Below, piece after piece: positions 9,739 through 18,738 of a DNA stretch of 64,000 nucleotides. The notes under the pieces are model-generated. The model did no database searches. It was not told where the DNA came from and saw only the letters and a list, made by a program, of their open reading frames with translations. Every line of letters begins with the position of its first letter. Positions within the stretch are counted from its first letter, which is position 1. The translations under genes and the position numbers were made by a program. This stretch comes from Spirochaetia bacterium (lineage in GTDB: Bacteria > Spirochaetota > Spirochaetia > UBA9216), in assembly GCA_965140585.1 (NCBI GenBank), contig OZ223264.1:320001-384000 (forward strand). Reading direction: 5' to 3'.

Positions 9739-11151
9739 ATGAAGTTCTGCTCTGTTTATGCCCGGCTGTTCTGTGCTGCTGCGGCAGTGATTTTTATGCT
9801 AAGTGCCTGCAACACCCTTCCGAAAAAGGGAACGGCCGATCAGACTGTCCCTGAAAAAGGCCAGGTTGAGAAACCTGAGGACACAGCCCCTTCATACGAG
9901 CAGATTCAGAAGCTGATGGAAGCTGGAGATACTGCCGCTGCAGCAGATGAGTTTGAAAAAATTAAGACAGATGATGCTGAATCATTGAATGCATATGCCG
10001 GTATTCTGATGGCGAACGGCGAATACGAAAAGGCTGAAGAAGTCCTTGCAAAGCTGCTGGAAAAAGAGCCGGGTAACTCTGATGCCCTGCTTAACATGGC
10101 GCTTGTAAAGGGGATCTTCGGTGATATTGATTCTGAAAAAGACTTCCTTGAAAAAGCAATAGAGGCGAATCCTTCCAACGCAGACGCTTCTGCTATACGC
10201 GGTTCGCTTTATCTTTCAGAGGGTAAACTGAAAAAAGCCGGAGAGCTTTTTGAATCTGCAATTGCCTCGGACCCGGATAATATAGTTGCGCTTACAGGTT
10301 ACGGAAGTACGCTTGTAAGGCAGGAAGAATATGAAAAAGCCAGGGAGTACCTTGATCTGGCTGTTGAGCTTGAACCGGGGAATCCTTTCACATATCTTGA
10401 CCGAAGCAATGTGAGAGCTGCCCTTGGAGACTCCAAAGGGGCTGAAGCTGATTTGACCTCAGCAATCAACCTTGAGCCCGACTACTTCTGGCACTATATC
10501 GATCGCGGACGTCTTAGGGTTCGTGAAATAAGTGATCGTCAGGGTGCACTTGATGATTTTACAAAGGCAATCGAGCTTAATCCGGATAACTTTTATTCCT
10601 ATGTTTTCCGCGCAGGTATCTATGATGATATGGGCGAGCTTGAACTGGCCGCTGCAGATTACAGGAAACTGCTTGAACTGAAGCCGGATTACTACTTTGC
10701 ATACAGCTCACTTGCCACAATTCAGTTCATAACGGAAGACTGGGACGAGAGCCGGAAGTCCTTTGAAAAAGCATTTCGTGCCGAACCTGAGGAATATGCC
10801 TTTCTTGCCGCGGCTTCACTTGCTGTGATGCGGCAGGGTGACAAGACAAAGACCGCAAACTATCTAAAAAAGACGTTGGACTATATTCCTGTTGATAATA
10901 TCTACTATCATGTGATCCGCTCATTCCGTGAGAGTAATTATGATACCTATGCACTGCGTATGATAAAGGAAGAAGAGGATATTAATATCAGAAATAAGCT
11001 TCTCTTTTACATCGCAGAGCTGTATTTTATAAGGGATATGAAATCAGCAGCCTACAGCTACCTTGCCATGGTCCGCGATACAAAACTGACAGGTTTTTAT
11101 GAAGCTAAAATCGCGGCTGCGGAAATAGAAAAATATTTTGAAGATTACTAA
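9739..11151 (+). CDS. Tetratricopeptide-repeat lipoprotein
   Basis: Lipobox LSAC; repeated 34-aa TPR units (A..L.P.N/D); GGAGG RBS. Confidence 0.88.
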   Translation: MKFCSVYARLFCAAAAVIFMLSACNTLPKKGTADQTVPEKGQVEKPEDTAPSYEQIQKLMEAGDTAAAADEFEKIKTDDAESLNAYAGILMANGEYEKAEEVLAKLLEKEPGNSDALLNMALVKGIFGDIDSEKDFLEKAIEANPSNADASAIRGSLYLSEGKLKKAGELFESAIASDPDNIVALTGYGSTLVRQEEYEKAREYLDLAVELEPGNPFTYLDRSNVRAALGDSKGAEADLTSAINLEPDYFWHYIDRGRLRVREISDRQGALDDFTKAIELNPDNFYSYVFRAGIYDDMGELELAAADYRKLLELKPDYYFAYSSLATIQFITEDWDESRKSFEKAFRAEPEEYAFLAAASLAVMRQGDKTKTANYLKKTLDYIPVDNIYYHVIRSFRESNYDTYALRMIKEEEDINIRNKLLFYIAELYFIRDMKSAAYSYLAMVRDTKLTGFYEAKIAAAEIEKYFEDY

Positions 11152-11179
11152 GCTTTGCTTATAAACTTCATTGTAAAAT

Positions 11180-11210
11180 GGCTGCCGTCGCGGCAGCCCG
11201 GTTATTTTTT
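11180..11210 (+). terminator. Probable intrinsic terminator
   Basis: GGCTGCCG-TCG-CGGCAGCC hairpin with a T-tract shortly after, downstream of the TPR gene. Confidence 0.55.
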
Positions 11211-11236
11211 ATTAGAAGTTTAAACAGGAGTACTAT

Positions 11237-12430
11237 GTGACTGAAACTCGAATCAGCGATACTATCAGAAAAATACAGCTCGGTAACCGGGAGATTATAT
11301 TATGCGGTACAGCTCATATTTCAAAAGAAAGCATCAAAGAGGTTGAAAACCTCATCCGTGATGAACTTCCAGGCAGAGTCTGCATAGAGCTGGATGCACA
11401 GAGGTATAAAACCCTGACAGAAGGCCAGGACTGGAGCAGTCTTAACATAGGACAGGTGCTGAAGAAGGGGCAGGCTTTTCTGATGCTTGCAAGCCTTGTA
11501 CTTTCATCCTATCAGCGCCGTCTGGGTATGGATGTTGGAACTACTCAGGGCCGTGAAATTCTTATTGCTGCCGAAACAGCTACTGAACTGAAGATCCCGT
11601 TTTCATTTTCTGACCGCGATATTTCCACAACTCTGCGGAGAGCATGGTCAAAGTCCGGTTTTTTTCAGAAGATGAAGATGCTCTCTGCGCTGATAGGTTC
11701 AGCCTTTACAAGTGAGAAGCTTTCCGAAGAGGAACTTGAAAATCTTAAAACTAATTCTGCACTCCAGACAATGATGGATGAACTGGCAGACTACCTTCCG
11801 GGAGTCAAGGAAGTCTTCATTGATGAGCGCGACAGATTTATTGCTACAAATATCTTCAATGAAAAAGAGGAAAAGACCGTTGCCGTTGTAGGTGCCGGAC
11901 ATATGGACGGTATCGTTTCCTGGCTTGATATGCTGGAGAAAAAAGAAGCTGAGGCTGATCTTGCCGAGATAAGTACTGTTCCACCCAAAAAAAACTGGGT
12001 TTCAAAAATACCCTGGCTGATTACGGTAGCTGTTGTGGCGCTTATAGCCTCCGGGTTTATACGTTCGGGAATGCATCAGGGATTGAAGATGATCCTTGTC
12101 TGGATTCTTGCTAACGGTTCACTTGCCGCAATCGGCGCGATAGTTGCGATGGCTCATCCGCTGGTTGTTTTAATCAGTTTTCTTGCGGCGCCCTTTACCT
12201 CCATGAACCCTACCATCGGTGTAGGTATTGTTTCCGGACTGCTTCAGGCCTGGATACGTAAGCCTAGGGTCAAGGATTTTGAGGATCTGTACGAAGATAT
12301 TTCAAGCATCAAGGGTTTTTACAGCAACCGCTTTACAAAGATTCTGCTTGTATTCTTTTTCTCAAGCGTCGGCAGCAGCATTGGAACCTTTCTGGCCCTG
12401 CCTTACCTTACCGCTCTTATCGCCGGCTGA
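11237..12430 (+). CDS. TraB/PrgY/GumN family protein
   Basis: GTAHIS, CIELDAQR, DRDISTTLRRAW, IDERD, AVVGAGHMDG, C-terminal TM region with APFTSMNPTIGVG. Confidence 0.88.
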   Translation: MTETRISDTIRKIQLGNREIILCGTAHISKESIKEVENLIRDELPGRVCIELDAQRYKTLTEGQDWSSLNIGQVLKKGQAFLMLASLVLSSYQRRLGMDVGTTQGREILIAAETATELKIPFSFSDRDISTTLRRAWSKSGFFQKMKMLSALIGSAFTSEKLSEEELENLKTNSALQTMMDELADYLPGVKEVFIDERDRFIATNIFNEKEEKTVAVVGAGHMDGIVSWLDMLEKKEAEADLAEISTVPPKKNWVSKIPWLITVAVVALIASGFIRSGMHQGLKMILVWILANGSLAAIGAIVAMAHPLVVLISFLAAPFTSMNPTIGVGIVSGLLQAWIRKPRVKDFEDLYEDISSIKGFYSNRFTKILLVFFFSSVGSSIGTFLALPYLTALIAG

Positions 12431-13756
12431 GAACAGGCCGGAAATACACTTCTTTAAATCCGAGGTCAGTTCCGGATTTATGAAGTTTTTAAAGCCCATT
12501 TCGGCTGCTGTCTTTGCCCTGCGTTCAATGTGGGGCACCGGCATTATTTCACCTGCAAGGCTTATCTCTCCGGCACAGGCAGTACCTCCCGGGACCTGGA
12601 TGCCGGTTCTTGCTGAATACAGAGCCAGTGCGAGCGTTAAGTCGGTTCCAGGTTCATCAAGCCTTATGCCGCCTGCTACATTCACATAAATATCCTGATC
12701 TGAAAACCGCAGCGACAGTGTTTTTTCCAGAACCGCTGCCACCCTTGAAACTCTGCGCTGGTCGATTTTATCCGAGAACACCCGCGACAGACCGCCCTTT
12801 GCCGGGACTGTAAGAGCCTGAATTTCAACCATCAGCACCCGGGTCCCCTCATATACGGCTGCAGTGCAGGCTCCGGAAGGCTGTTCGCCCTTGCGTTTAA
12901 CCAGAAACAGAGATGCCGGTTCGTCTATCTGCTCAAGTCCCTTCGCCGTCATCCGGAATAATCCCAGCTCATCGATTGAACCGAAGCGGTTCTTCACTGC
13001 CCGCAATAGGCGGACATCAGAGGCTCCGTGCTCGAAGTAGAGAACCGTATCGACCATGTGTTCCAGCACCTTGGGGCCGGCAATTGAGCCTTCTTTTGTA
13101 ACATGGGCTACAAGAAAAACCGGACAGCCGTAGAGTCTTGCCCGATCGATAAGTTCAGAGGCACAGAACTTGATCTGGTTTACAGTTCCGGCGACCATCC
13201 CCAGATCCGGGTTAAACATAGTCTGCACAGAGTCGGTAATTACAAGCGCCGGCCTGGTTTTATCAATAGTTTTGAGAATGACAGTTGAATCGCTCTCACA
13301 CAGTACTTCTATGTCGCGTTTTATACCAAGGCGCTCAGCCCTCATCTTAATCTGTGAAGCAGATTCTTCCCCTGAAATGTAGAGAACCTTTCCGGTAACA
13401 GCGGCCTTGTCGCAAATCTGAAGCATCAGTGTAGACTTTCCGATTCCCGGTTCCCCGCCTACCAGCACGGATGATCCCTTCATCAGCCCGCCGCCGAGTA
13501 CTCTGTCTGTTTCTTCAGTTCCGGATGAGAATCTTACACCCTCGGATGTATAGATCCCGCTGAGCCTGACGGGGCCCCCGCTTCTGCCTGAATCAGTCCT
13601 GGCAGAGGATGATGAGGCGTTCTTTGTTTTGGGTGAAGCTGCGTGTTCAAGCTCAATGAAGCTGTTCCATGTTCCGCAGCCCGGGCACTTGCCCAGCCAC
13701 TTGGGTTCGGTGTGTCCGCATGATGTGCATTCAAAATAGGTTTTTCTTTTAGCCAT
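12362..13756 (-). CDS. radA: DNA repair protein RadA/Sms
   Basis: C4 Zn finger CTSCG..KWLGKCPGC, GGEPGIGKST, KNRFG, Lon-like C-domain; start set at MAKRK. Confidence 0.96.
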   Translation of the reverse strand: MAKRKTYFECTSCGHTEPKWLGKCPGCGTWNSFIELEHAASPKTKNASSSSARTDSGRSGGPVRLSGIYTSEGVRFSSGTEETDRVLGGGLMKGSSVLVGGEPGIGKSTLMLQICDKAAVTGKVLYISGEESASQIKMRAERLGIKRDIEVLCESDSTVILKTIDKTRPALVITDSVQTMFNPDLGMVAGTVNQIKFCASELIDRARLYGCPVFLVAHVTKEGSIAGPKVLEHMVDTVLYFEHGASDVRLLRAVKNRFGSIDELGLFRMTAKGLEQIDEPASLFLVKRKGEQPSGACTAAVYEGTRVLMVEIQALTVPAKGGLSRVFSDKIDQRRVSRVAAVLEKTLSLRFSDQDIYVNVAGGIRLDEPGTDLTLALALYSARTGIQVPGGTACAGEISLAGEIMPVPHIERRAKTAAEMGFKNFINPELTSDLKKCISGLFSAGDKSGKVRQGQKGSNAAADA

Positions 13757-13856
13757 TAGTTTATTTTGCATTAACAACGCGTATTTTACAAGCTTGCTTC
13801 AAAGTCTTTTTTAGGCTTAAATTGACAATATGTAAAATCTCTAATAGGGTCTATGA

Positions 13857-14326
13857 ATGGAATTAAAAATATCTGAATTAAAAAAGAGGAAATCCCGGAG
13901 TTCTGCAGCCTTGTTAGAACCGTTTATGACGAGTTTGTTGCTCCCGACTACTCAGATGAGGGCAACAGCCACTTTTATTCATACCTCGAGGAAGCTGCAG
14001 TAAGCGAACGCTTTGAGCAGGGGGGCTTTTTTGCCGCGGCAAGGGTTGAGGAGATATTCGCCGGTGTGGCAGCTTTCCGTGATATTAGCCATCTCACGAC
14101 CTTCTTTGTTTCCAAAGACTATCAGAACCGAGGAGTAGGCAGAATGCTTTTTGCATTTTCCCTGAGGCACATCCGCTCTCATCATCCTGAGGTTAAAAAG
14201 ATTACAGTTAATTCATCACCCTTTGCACTTCCGGTTTATAAGAGGCTCGGTTTTGAGCTGACAGGCGGGCGTGAAGAGAAGGACGGCATAATCTACTATC
14301 CCATGGAATACCGGATAAGCCGATAA
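13857..14326 (+). pseudogene. GNAT acetyltransferase split by a -1 frameshift at codon 9-10
   Basis: ATG 13857 gives MELKISELK. The -1 frame continues KEEIPEFCSLVRTVYDEFVAPDYSDEG...FFVSKDYQNRGVGR...TVNSSPFALPVYKRLGF; restored length 156 aa. Confidence 0.8.
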
Positions 14327-14353
14327 AAAAACCGCCCTGTGGTTTAGGGCGGT
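14325..14353 (-). terminator. Intrinsic terminator of the serA-PPIase unit
   Basis: ACCGCCCT/AGGGCGGT stem preceded by an A-tract (U-tract on the minus strand). Confidence 0.7.
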
Positions 14354-14388
14354 CTCCATGTCTGCATCCGGCTGAAGCCTTAGCATGT

Positions 14389-15465
14389 TTATTTAAAATC
14401 GATAAGCTCTACTTCAAAAATAAGGTAGGCATTCTCGGGGATTACTCCGGGGTAACCTCTTTCACCATAACCCAGCTCAGGCGGGATGATGAGAGTTCTC
14501 TTTTCACCCTTGGTCATGCTCATAAGGGCTTCATTCCATCCCTGGATAACCTGACCAATCTGGAAATCAATAGGCTCGCCTCTTTTTATCGAACTGTCAA
14601 ACAGTGTTCCGTCAAGAAGTGTTCCCTCGTAATGGCAGGTAACTGTACTTCCCATTTTCGGGCTGCCGTTTCCGTCGCCTTCCTGTCTTACAATGTACAT
14701 AAGTCCTGACTCGGTCTTTTCTGCATCCGGCCAGTTTTTCTTAATCAGGTCAAGTTCTTCCTTTCTTGCTTCTTCAAGTTTTGCAGCTGCTCTTGAAGCG
14801 GAATCTTTCACAAACTTGTCAAAGGTTTCCTGATCAGCCTTGAAGGCTTCGGCATCTGCACCCTTTCTGATGATGGTAACTTTATCCATAACATCTCCCT
14901 GGGCAATTGAATCAACTACGTCCTGGCCTTCAACAACATGGCCGAAAACAGTGTGCTTGTCGTTCAGCCAGGGTGTTTCAACATGTGTGATAAAAAACTG
15001 GCTGCCGTTTGTTCCGGGGCCGCTGTTTGCCATTGAAAGGATTCCGGGTCCGCTGTGTCTGAGGCTTGAATCAAACTCATCAGGGAATTTATAACCGGGT
15101 CCGCCGGTTCCGTTACCATTGGGGTCTCCGCCCTGAATCATGAAATTATCAATAACTCTGTGAAATTTTAGTCCGTCGTAAAACGGTTCTTCACCCTTTG
15201 TGTTATCGAGTTTTCCCTCTGCCAGCCCAACAAAGTTGGCTACTGTCATCGGTGTTTTTTTATATTCAAGTTCAAGAAGGATATCGCCCTTGCTTGTGCT
15301 TATTTCGGCGTAAAGGCCGTCGCTTAGATCCATGTATTTCTCCTCAATATTGGTGTCTTTCGTATCGCCGGCGGCATCCGAACTGTTCTTTTCCTTTGAG
15401 TTTGCACAGGCAAAGGAAACAAAAATCGAGAGTACTGTTAAACCGACAATGATTATTTTTTTCAT
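14389..15465 (-). CDS. Peptidyl-prolyl isomerase lipoprotein, cyclophilin + FKBP fusion
   Basis: Lipobox SFAC; [33 protein letters not shown] (cyclophilin); [29 protein letters not shown] (FKBP). Confidence 0.93.
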   Translation of the reverse strand: MKKIIIVGLTVLSIFVSFACANSKEKNSSDAAGDTKDTNIEEKYMDLSDGLYAEISTSKGDILLELEYKKTPMTVANFVGLAEGKLDNTKGEEPFYDGLKFHRVIDNFMIQGGDPNGNGTGGPGYKFPDEFDSSLRHSGPGILSMANSGPGTNGSQFFITHVETPWLNDKHTVFGHVVEGQDVVDSIAQGDVMDKVTIIRKGADAEAFKADQETFDKFVKDSASRAAAKLEEARKEELDLIKKNWPDAEKTESGLMYIVRQEGDGNGSPKMGSTVTCHYEGTLLDGTLFDSSIKRGEPIDFQIGQVIQGWNEALMSMTKGEKRTLIIPPELGYGERGYPGVIPENAYLIFEVELIDFK

Positions 15466-15467
15466 AA

Positions 15468-16637
15468 CTATTTAGCTTCTATTATCCTTGTAAAAATGAT
15501 TCCGTCAATGGCGTTAATCTTCTCGATCACATCTTCAGGCACGGAACCGTCAATATCGATGAGGTTATAGGCATGATCGCCCTTGTTCCGGTTGATCATG
15601 TTGGCAATGTTAAGTCCGCTTTCGGCAATCACGTGTGAAATCTGTCCGACCATATTGGGAACATTTCTGTTTCCTATAGCTATACGGGTCTCTCCGTTCA
15701 TCGGCATTGAGCAGTCAGGATAGTTAACAGAGTTCTTGATGTTTCCTGTTTCAAGGTAGTCACAAAGCTGTCTGACCGCCATGATGGCACAGTTTTCCTC
15801 AGCTTCAGGTGTTGACGCTCCGAGGTGGGGAATAGGAATGATATTTTCGACACCGATTACATCCTTGTCCGGAAAGTCGGTAACGTAACGATCAACCTGT
15901 CCGGATTCAATTGCTGCAAGCAGGGCCTTGTTGTCAACAAGTTCTCCTCTTGCAAAGTTAAGGATCTTTACGCCCTTCTTCATCTTTGCAATGCTTTCGC
16001 TGTTTATCAGGCCTCTCGTTGAATCGTTAAGCGGGACATGAACAGTGATATAGTCGCATTTCGCAAGAAGCTGATCCATGGATGCAGCTCTCTGCACTGA
16101 TCTTGAAAGTCCCCAAGCCGCATCAATGGAGATGTATGGATCAAAGCCTATTACGTTCATACCCAGCGATACTGCATCATTTGCAACCATAACACCAATT
16201 GCGCCAAGACCGATAATTCCAAGGGTCTTACCCATAATTTCAGCACCGGCAAAGTCTGATTTTCCCTTTTCAACGAGCTTTGAAACTTCATCGCTCTTGT
16301 CGAGGCTCTGTACCCAGTCAACACCGCGGATAATCTTACGGGATGATATGAAAAGGCCCATAAGCACGAGTTCTTTAACGCTGTTTGCGTTTGCTCCGGG
16401 AGTGTTGAAAACAACAATACCTTTTTCTGTGTATTCATTTACAGGAATATTGTTGGTTCCCGCTCCGGCTCTGGCAACACCCTTAAGGCCTTCAGGGATC
16501 TCCATGTCATGCATCTTGTAGCTTCGCAGAATTATTCCGTCAACGGTTTCGGAACCGCTGTCAACTGCGTACCTGCTCATATCCAGAAGATCCATACCCT
16601 TGGATGAAATGTTGTTCAAGGTCTTAATCTGATACAT
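15468..16637 (-). CDS. serA: D-3-phosphoglycerate dehydrogenase with ACT domain
   Basis: [39 protein letters not shown]-terminal ACT (NVPNMVGQI); start set at MYQIK after GGAGAG. Confidence 0.9.
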   Translation of the reverse strand: MYQIKTLNNISSKGMDLLDMSRYAVDSGSETVDGIILRSYKMHDMEIPEGLKGVARAGAGTNNIPVNEYTEKGIVVFNTPGANANSVKELVLMGLFISSRKIIRGVDWVQSLDKSDEVSKLVEKGKSDFAGAEIMGKTLGIIGLGAIGVMVANDAVSLGMNVIGFDPYISIDAAWGLSRSVQRAASMDQLLAKCDYITVHVPLNDSTRGLINSESIAKMKKGVKILNFARGELVDNKALLAAIESGQVDRYVTDFPDKDVIGVENIIPIPHLGASTPEAEENCAIMAVRQLCDYLETGNIKNSVNYPDCSMPMNGETRIAIGNRNVPNMVGQISHVIAESGLNIANMINRNKGDHAYNLIDIDGSVPEDVIEKINAIDGIIFTRIIEAK

Positions 16638-16669
16638 ACTTCTCTCCATATTCGTTATGTCAGTCTTTG

Positions 16670-16766
16670 AGCATCTTTCAAGACTCGGTTAGTTTTGAAA
16701 GGTGCTTTGAAGCAAAATTTTACAAAATCATACAATTCCATATGTAATAATAAATTGTAAAATTTT
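16670..16766. repeat. Two tandem inverted repeats upstream of serA
   Basis: AGCATCTTTCAAGACT-N5-AGTTTTGAAAGGTGCT (16670-16706) and perfect AAAATTTTACAA-N29-TTGTAAAATTTT (16714-16766). Confidence 0.75.
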
Positions 16767-16814
16767 CTTCATTTACATTATGGTGGTAATTTCTAAACTT
16801 TCTGAGTTTTGAAA

Positions 16815-17759
16815 TTACTTCTCTTTTATTTCAAGTTTTTCGCTGAGCATTGTGTCATCATCAAAGATAAATTTGCCTGATATCTTTTTTCCGGCAAGGA
16901 CTTCCGGCAGCCAGACTGCATCATCAGCCCACATCTTGTCGTAAGGAAGGCGTTCTTCATCAGCCCAGAAGGGTTCCGCTTCGTCTGTCTCGACCATTTC
17001 TCCTTCATAGGCTTCTGCTGTAAAAGCAAAGCCGCGGATGGAATGACCGTTTTTGAAAATAAAGAAAAGGTCGCCCATCATTTCGGGATTGATCGGTATG
17101 AGTCCTACTTCCTCCTGACATTCCCGGATTGCTGCTTCTGAAGGCATTTCGCCCGGTTCTATCCGTCCGCCCGGTGCGTTTACCTTGCCGGCGCCGAGGC
17201 CTGTCTTCTTGTTAATAAGAAGAATCTGTTTTTCACTTCTGATGTAGCAGATTACCGCCTGCTCCTTGTATTTCCATGAATCCCAGTCAACCTCATCAAC
17301 AGTGTCCGGAACTATGATTTCCTCTTCTTCCACAGGCTGAGGCTCGGGAGTCTGAGGTTTCAGGAATTTATCCATAAAAGATGGTTTTCGTTCTTCCTCG
17401 GGCTCTTCATCAGGATCACATTCGGAACACATGTTTGAGTCGTAATAGAGGATACGGTTGAAATCAAGCTTTGTACCGCAGGATGTACACTTAAGTTTCC
17501 AGGGCAGTGCTTTTGCTCTAAAAATGTACGCGATAATGGCGACAATACCCACTCCGGCTATGAGGAGGTAATCAGGAAGCTGCTCTTTTGCAGCTATTAG
17601 AATTACAATTACGTAGAATAGAAAGACAAGGCCGGCCCAGATAATTGTGGCAATCCGCTTTTTCTGGCAATGCTTTTGGTGCTTGCGCTGGGTAATATTC
17701 AGCAATGCGACCGCTGCAAGGGCCCAGAAAACGGGTTCAGTAAGTTTTTCTGCTATCAT
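16815..17759 (-). CDS. NUDIX hydrolase (MTH1-like) fused to N-terminal TM helices and CxxC-CxxC finger
   Basis: Nudix box GGRIEPGEMPSEAAIRECQEEVGL, MWADD..W; three hydrophobic segments; CTSC..CSEC. Confidence 0.85.
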   Translation of the reverse strand: MIAEKLTEPVFWALAAVALLNITQRKHQKHCQKKRIATIIWAGLVFLFYVIVILIAAKEQLPDYLLIAGVGIVAIIAYIFRAKALPWKLKCTSCGTKLDFNRILYYDSNMCSECDPDEEPEEERKPSFMDKFLKPQTPEPQPVEEEEIIVPDTVDEVDWDSWKYKEQAVICYIRSEKQILLINKKTGLGAGKVNAPGGRIEPGEMPSEAAIRECQEEVGLIPINPEMMGDLFFIFKNGHSIRGFAFTAEAYEGEMVETDEAEPFWADEERLPYDKMWADDAVWLPEVLAGKKISGKFIFDDDTMLSEKLEIKEK

Positions 17760-17847
17760 AAATTAGAAAATAACAGTCTCAGGGCCCTTAGTCAATGGCG
17801 CGGCCCGCCCTTGATTTTTTGGGCCTGCCGGTTTATAAACTGATGGA

Positions 17848-18738
17848 ATGAAAAAAATGAAACCTTCCTTGAACGGAATACAGAAAACTTCGCCCGTTTT
17901 TTTATGGATATCCGCGCTATCTGTACCGGCGATTCGCAGGGCTCTGGGCAAAACTTTAAAGCTGATTTTCATAAATTTTTTCGGTCTGCAGTTCCAGACA
18001 GTGCTTAAACCGTCAATCCGACCGGTTGTGAATGTCGATCATCCGCTTGATAAGTCCATCCCCTTTGTTCCCGGATGGGTGGGCCTTTACAATACATTCA
18101 CCGTATTCTGGATGAAATCAGCCGGATGGCTTTATAAGGAATTCGGTAACAATGCACTCGATGATATTGCCAGATTTGTGCATGAAATAGGGCTTCTTTA
18201 TGAGTACGCCGGCCGTGTATACAGTAAGTGCCAGTCCACTACAAACCGCCCGGGTGTGATTGCCGATTTCAATTTTATTGTTATTCATCTTTTTGATCCT
18301 CATCTGCACTGTGTTCCAAGCCTTCACGTAATGGTCTGTGCCTACACATCTTTCATGACCGATGCTTTAATAGAAAAGTATTCTGATGACCCTTCAAAGT
18401 ATAAGGCTGAACGCGACTGGGTATTCAAGAATTCCATCGAAATTATCGAATCGGTGCTTCTTGTAAAACAGCACAGCGTAAACTGTATTCCTGCAGGTTA
18501 TTTCATGAACACTGCGCTTTTTCCCGGCTTCCGTGAAAAATGGGCTGAACGGAGCATTGCAGAAATGTTTAAAGATGATCCGAAAGGACTGGACAGATCT
18601 GACGAGGTCATGGATTATATAAAAAAGCTGTACGACAGCTTTCTTGAAAAACTTGATTCCGGCAGGGATGAGGCGGAGATTCTTCTAGAGTTTCTTGCTG
18701 AGTATGCCGGTACTGATGAGGTAGAGATTGGCAGATAA
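17848..18738 (+). CDS. Hypothetical protein with PAP2-like motifs
   Basis: TTNRP...DPHLHCVPSLHV...SVLLVKQHSVNC; overlaps the tdk start by 11 nt. Confidence 0.6.
   Translation: MKKMKPSLNGIQKTSPVFLWISALSVPAIRRALGKTLKLIFINFFGLQFQTVLKPSIRPVVNVDHPLDKSIPFVPGWVGLYNTFTVFWMKSAGWLYKEFGNNALDDIARFVHEIGLLYEYAGRVYSKCQSTTNRPGVIADFNFIVIHLFDPHLHCVPSLHVMVCAYTSFMTDALIEKYSDDPSKYKAERDWVFKNSIEIIESVLLVKQHSVNCIPAGYFMNTALFPGFREKWAERSIAEMFKDDPKGLDRSDEVMDYIKKLYDSFLEKLDSGRDEAEILLEFLAEYAGTDEVEIGR

Noticed and set aside
11237-12430. traB as evidence of a conjugative element
   Set aside because: It is the TraB/PrgY/GumN family, a common chromosomal gene; no relaxase, T4SS or integrase in the window.
14389-15465. Cyclophilin-FKBP fusion as a novelty
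   Set aside because: Dual-family PPIases are already known in spirochaetes and Bacteroidota.
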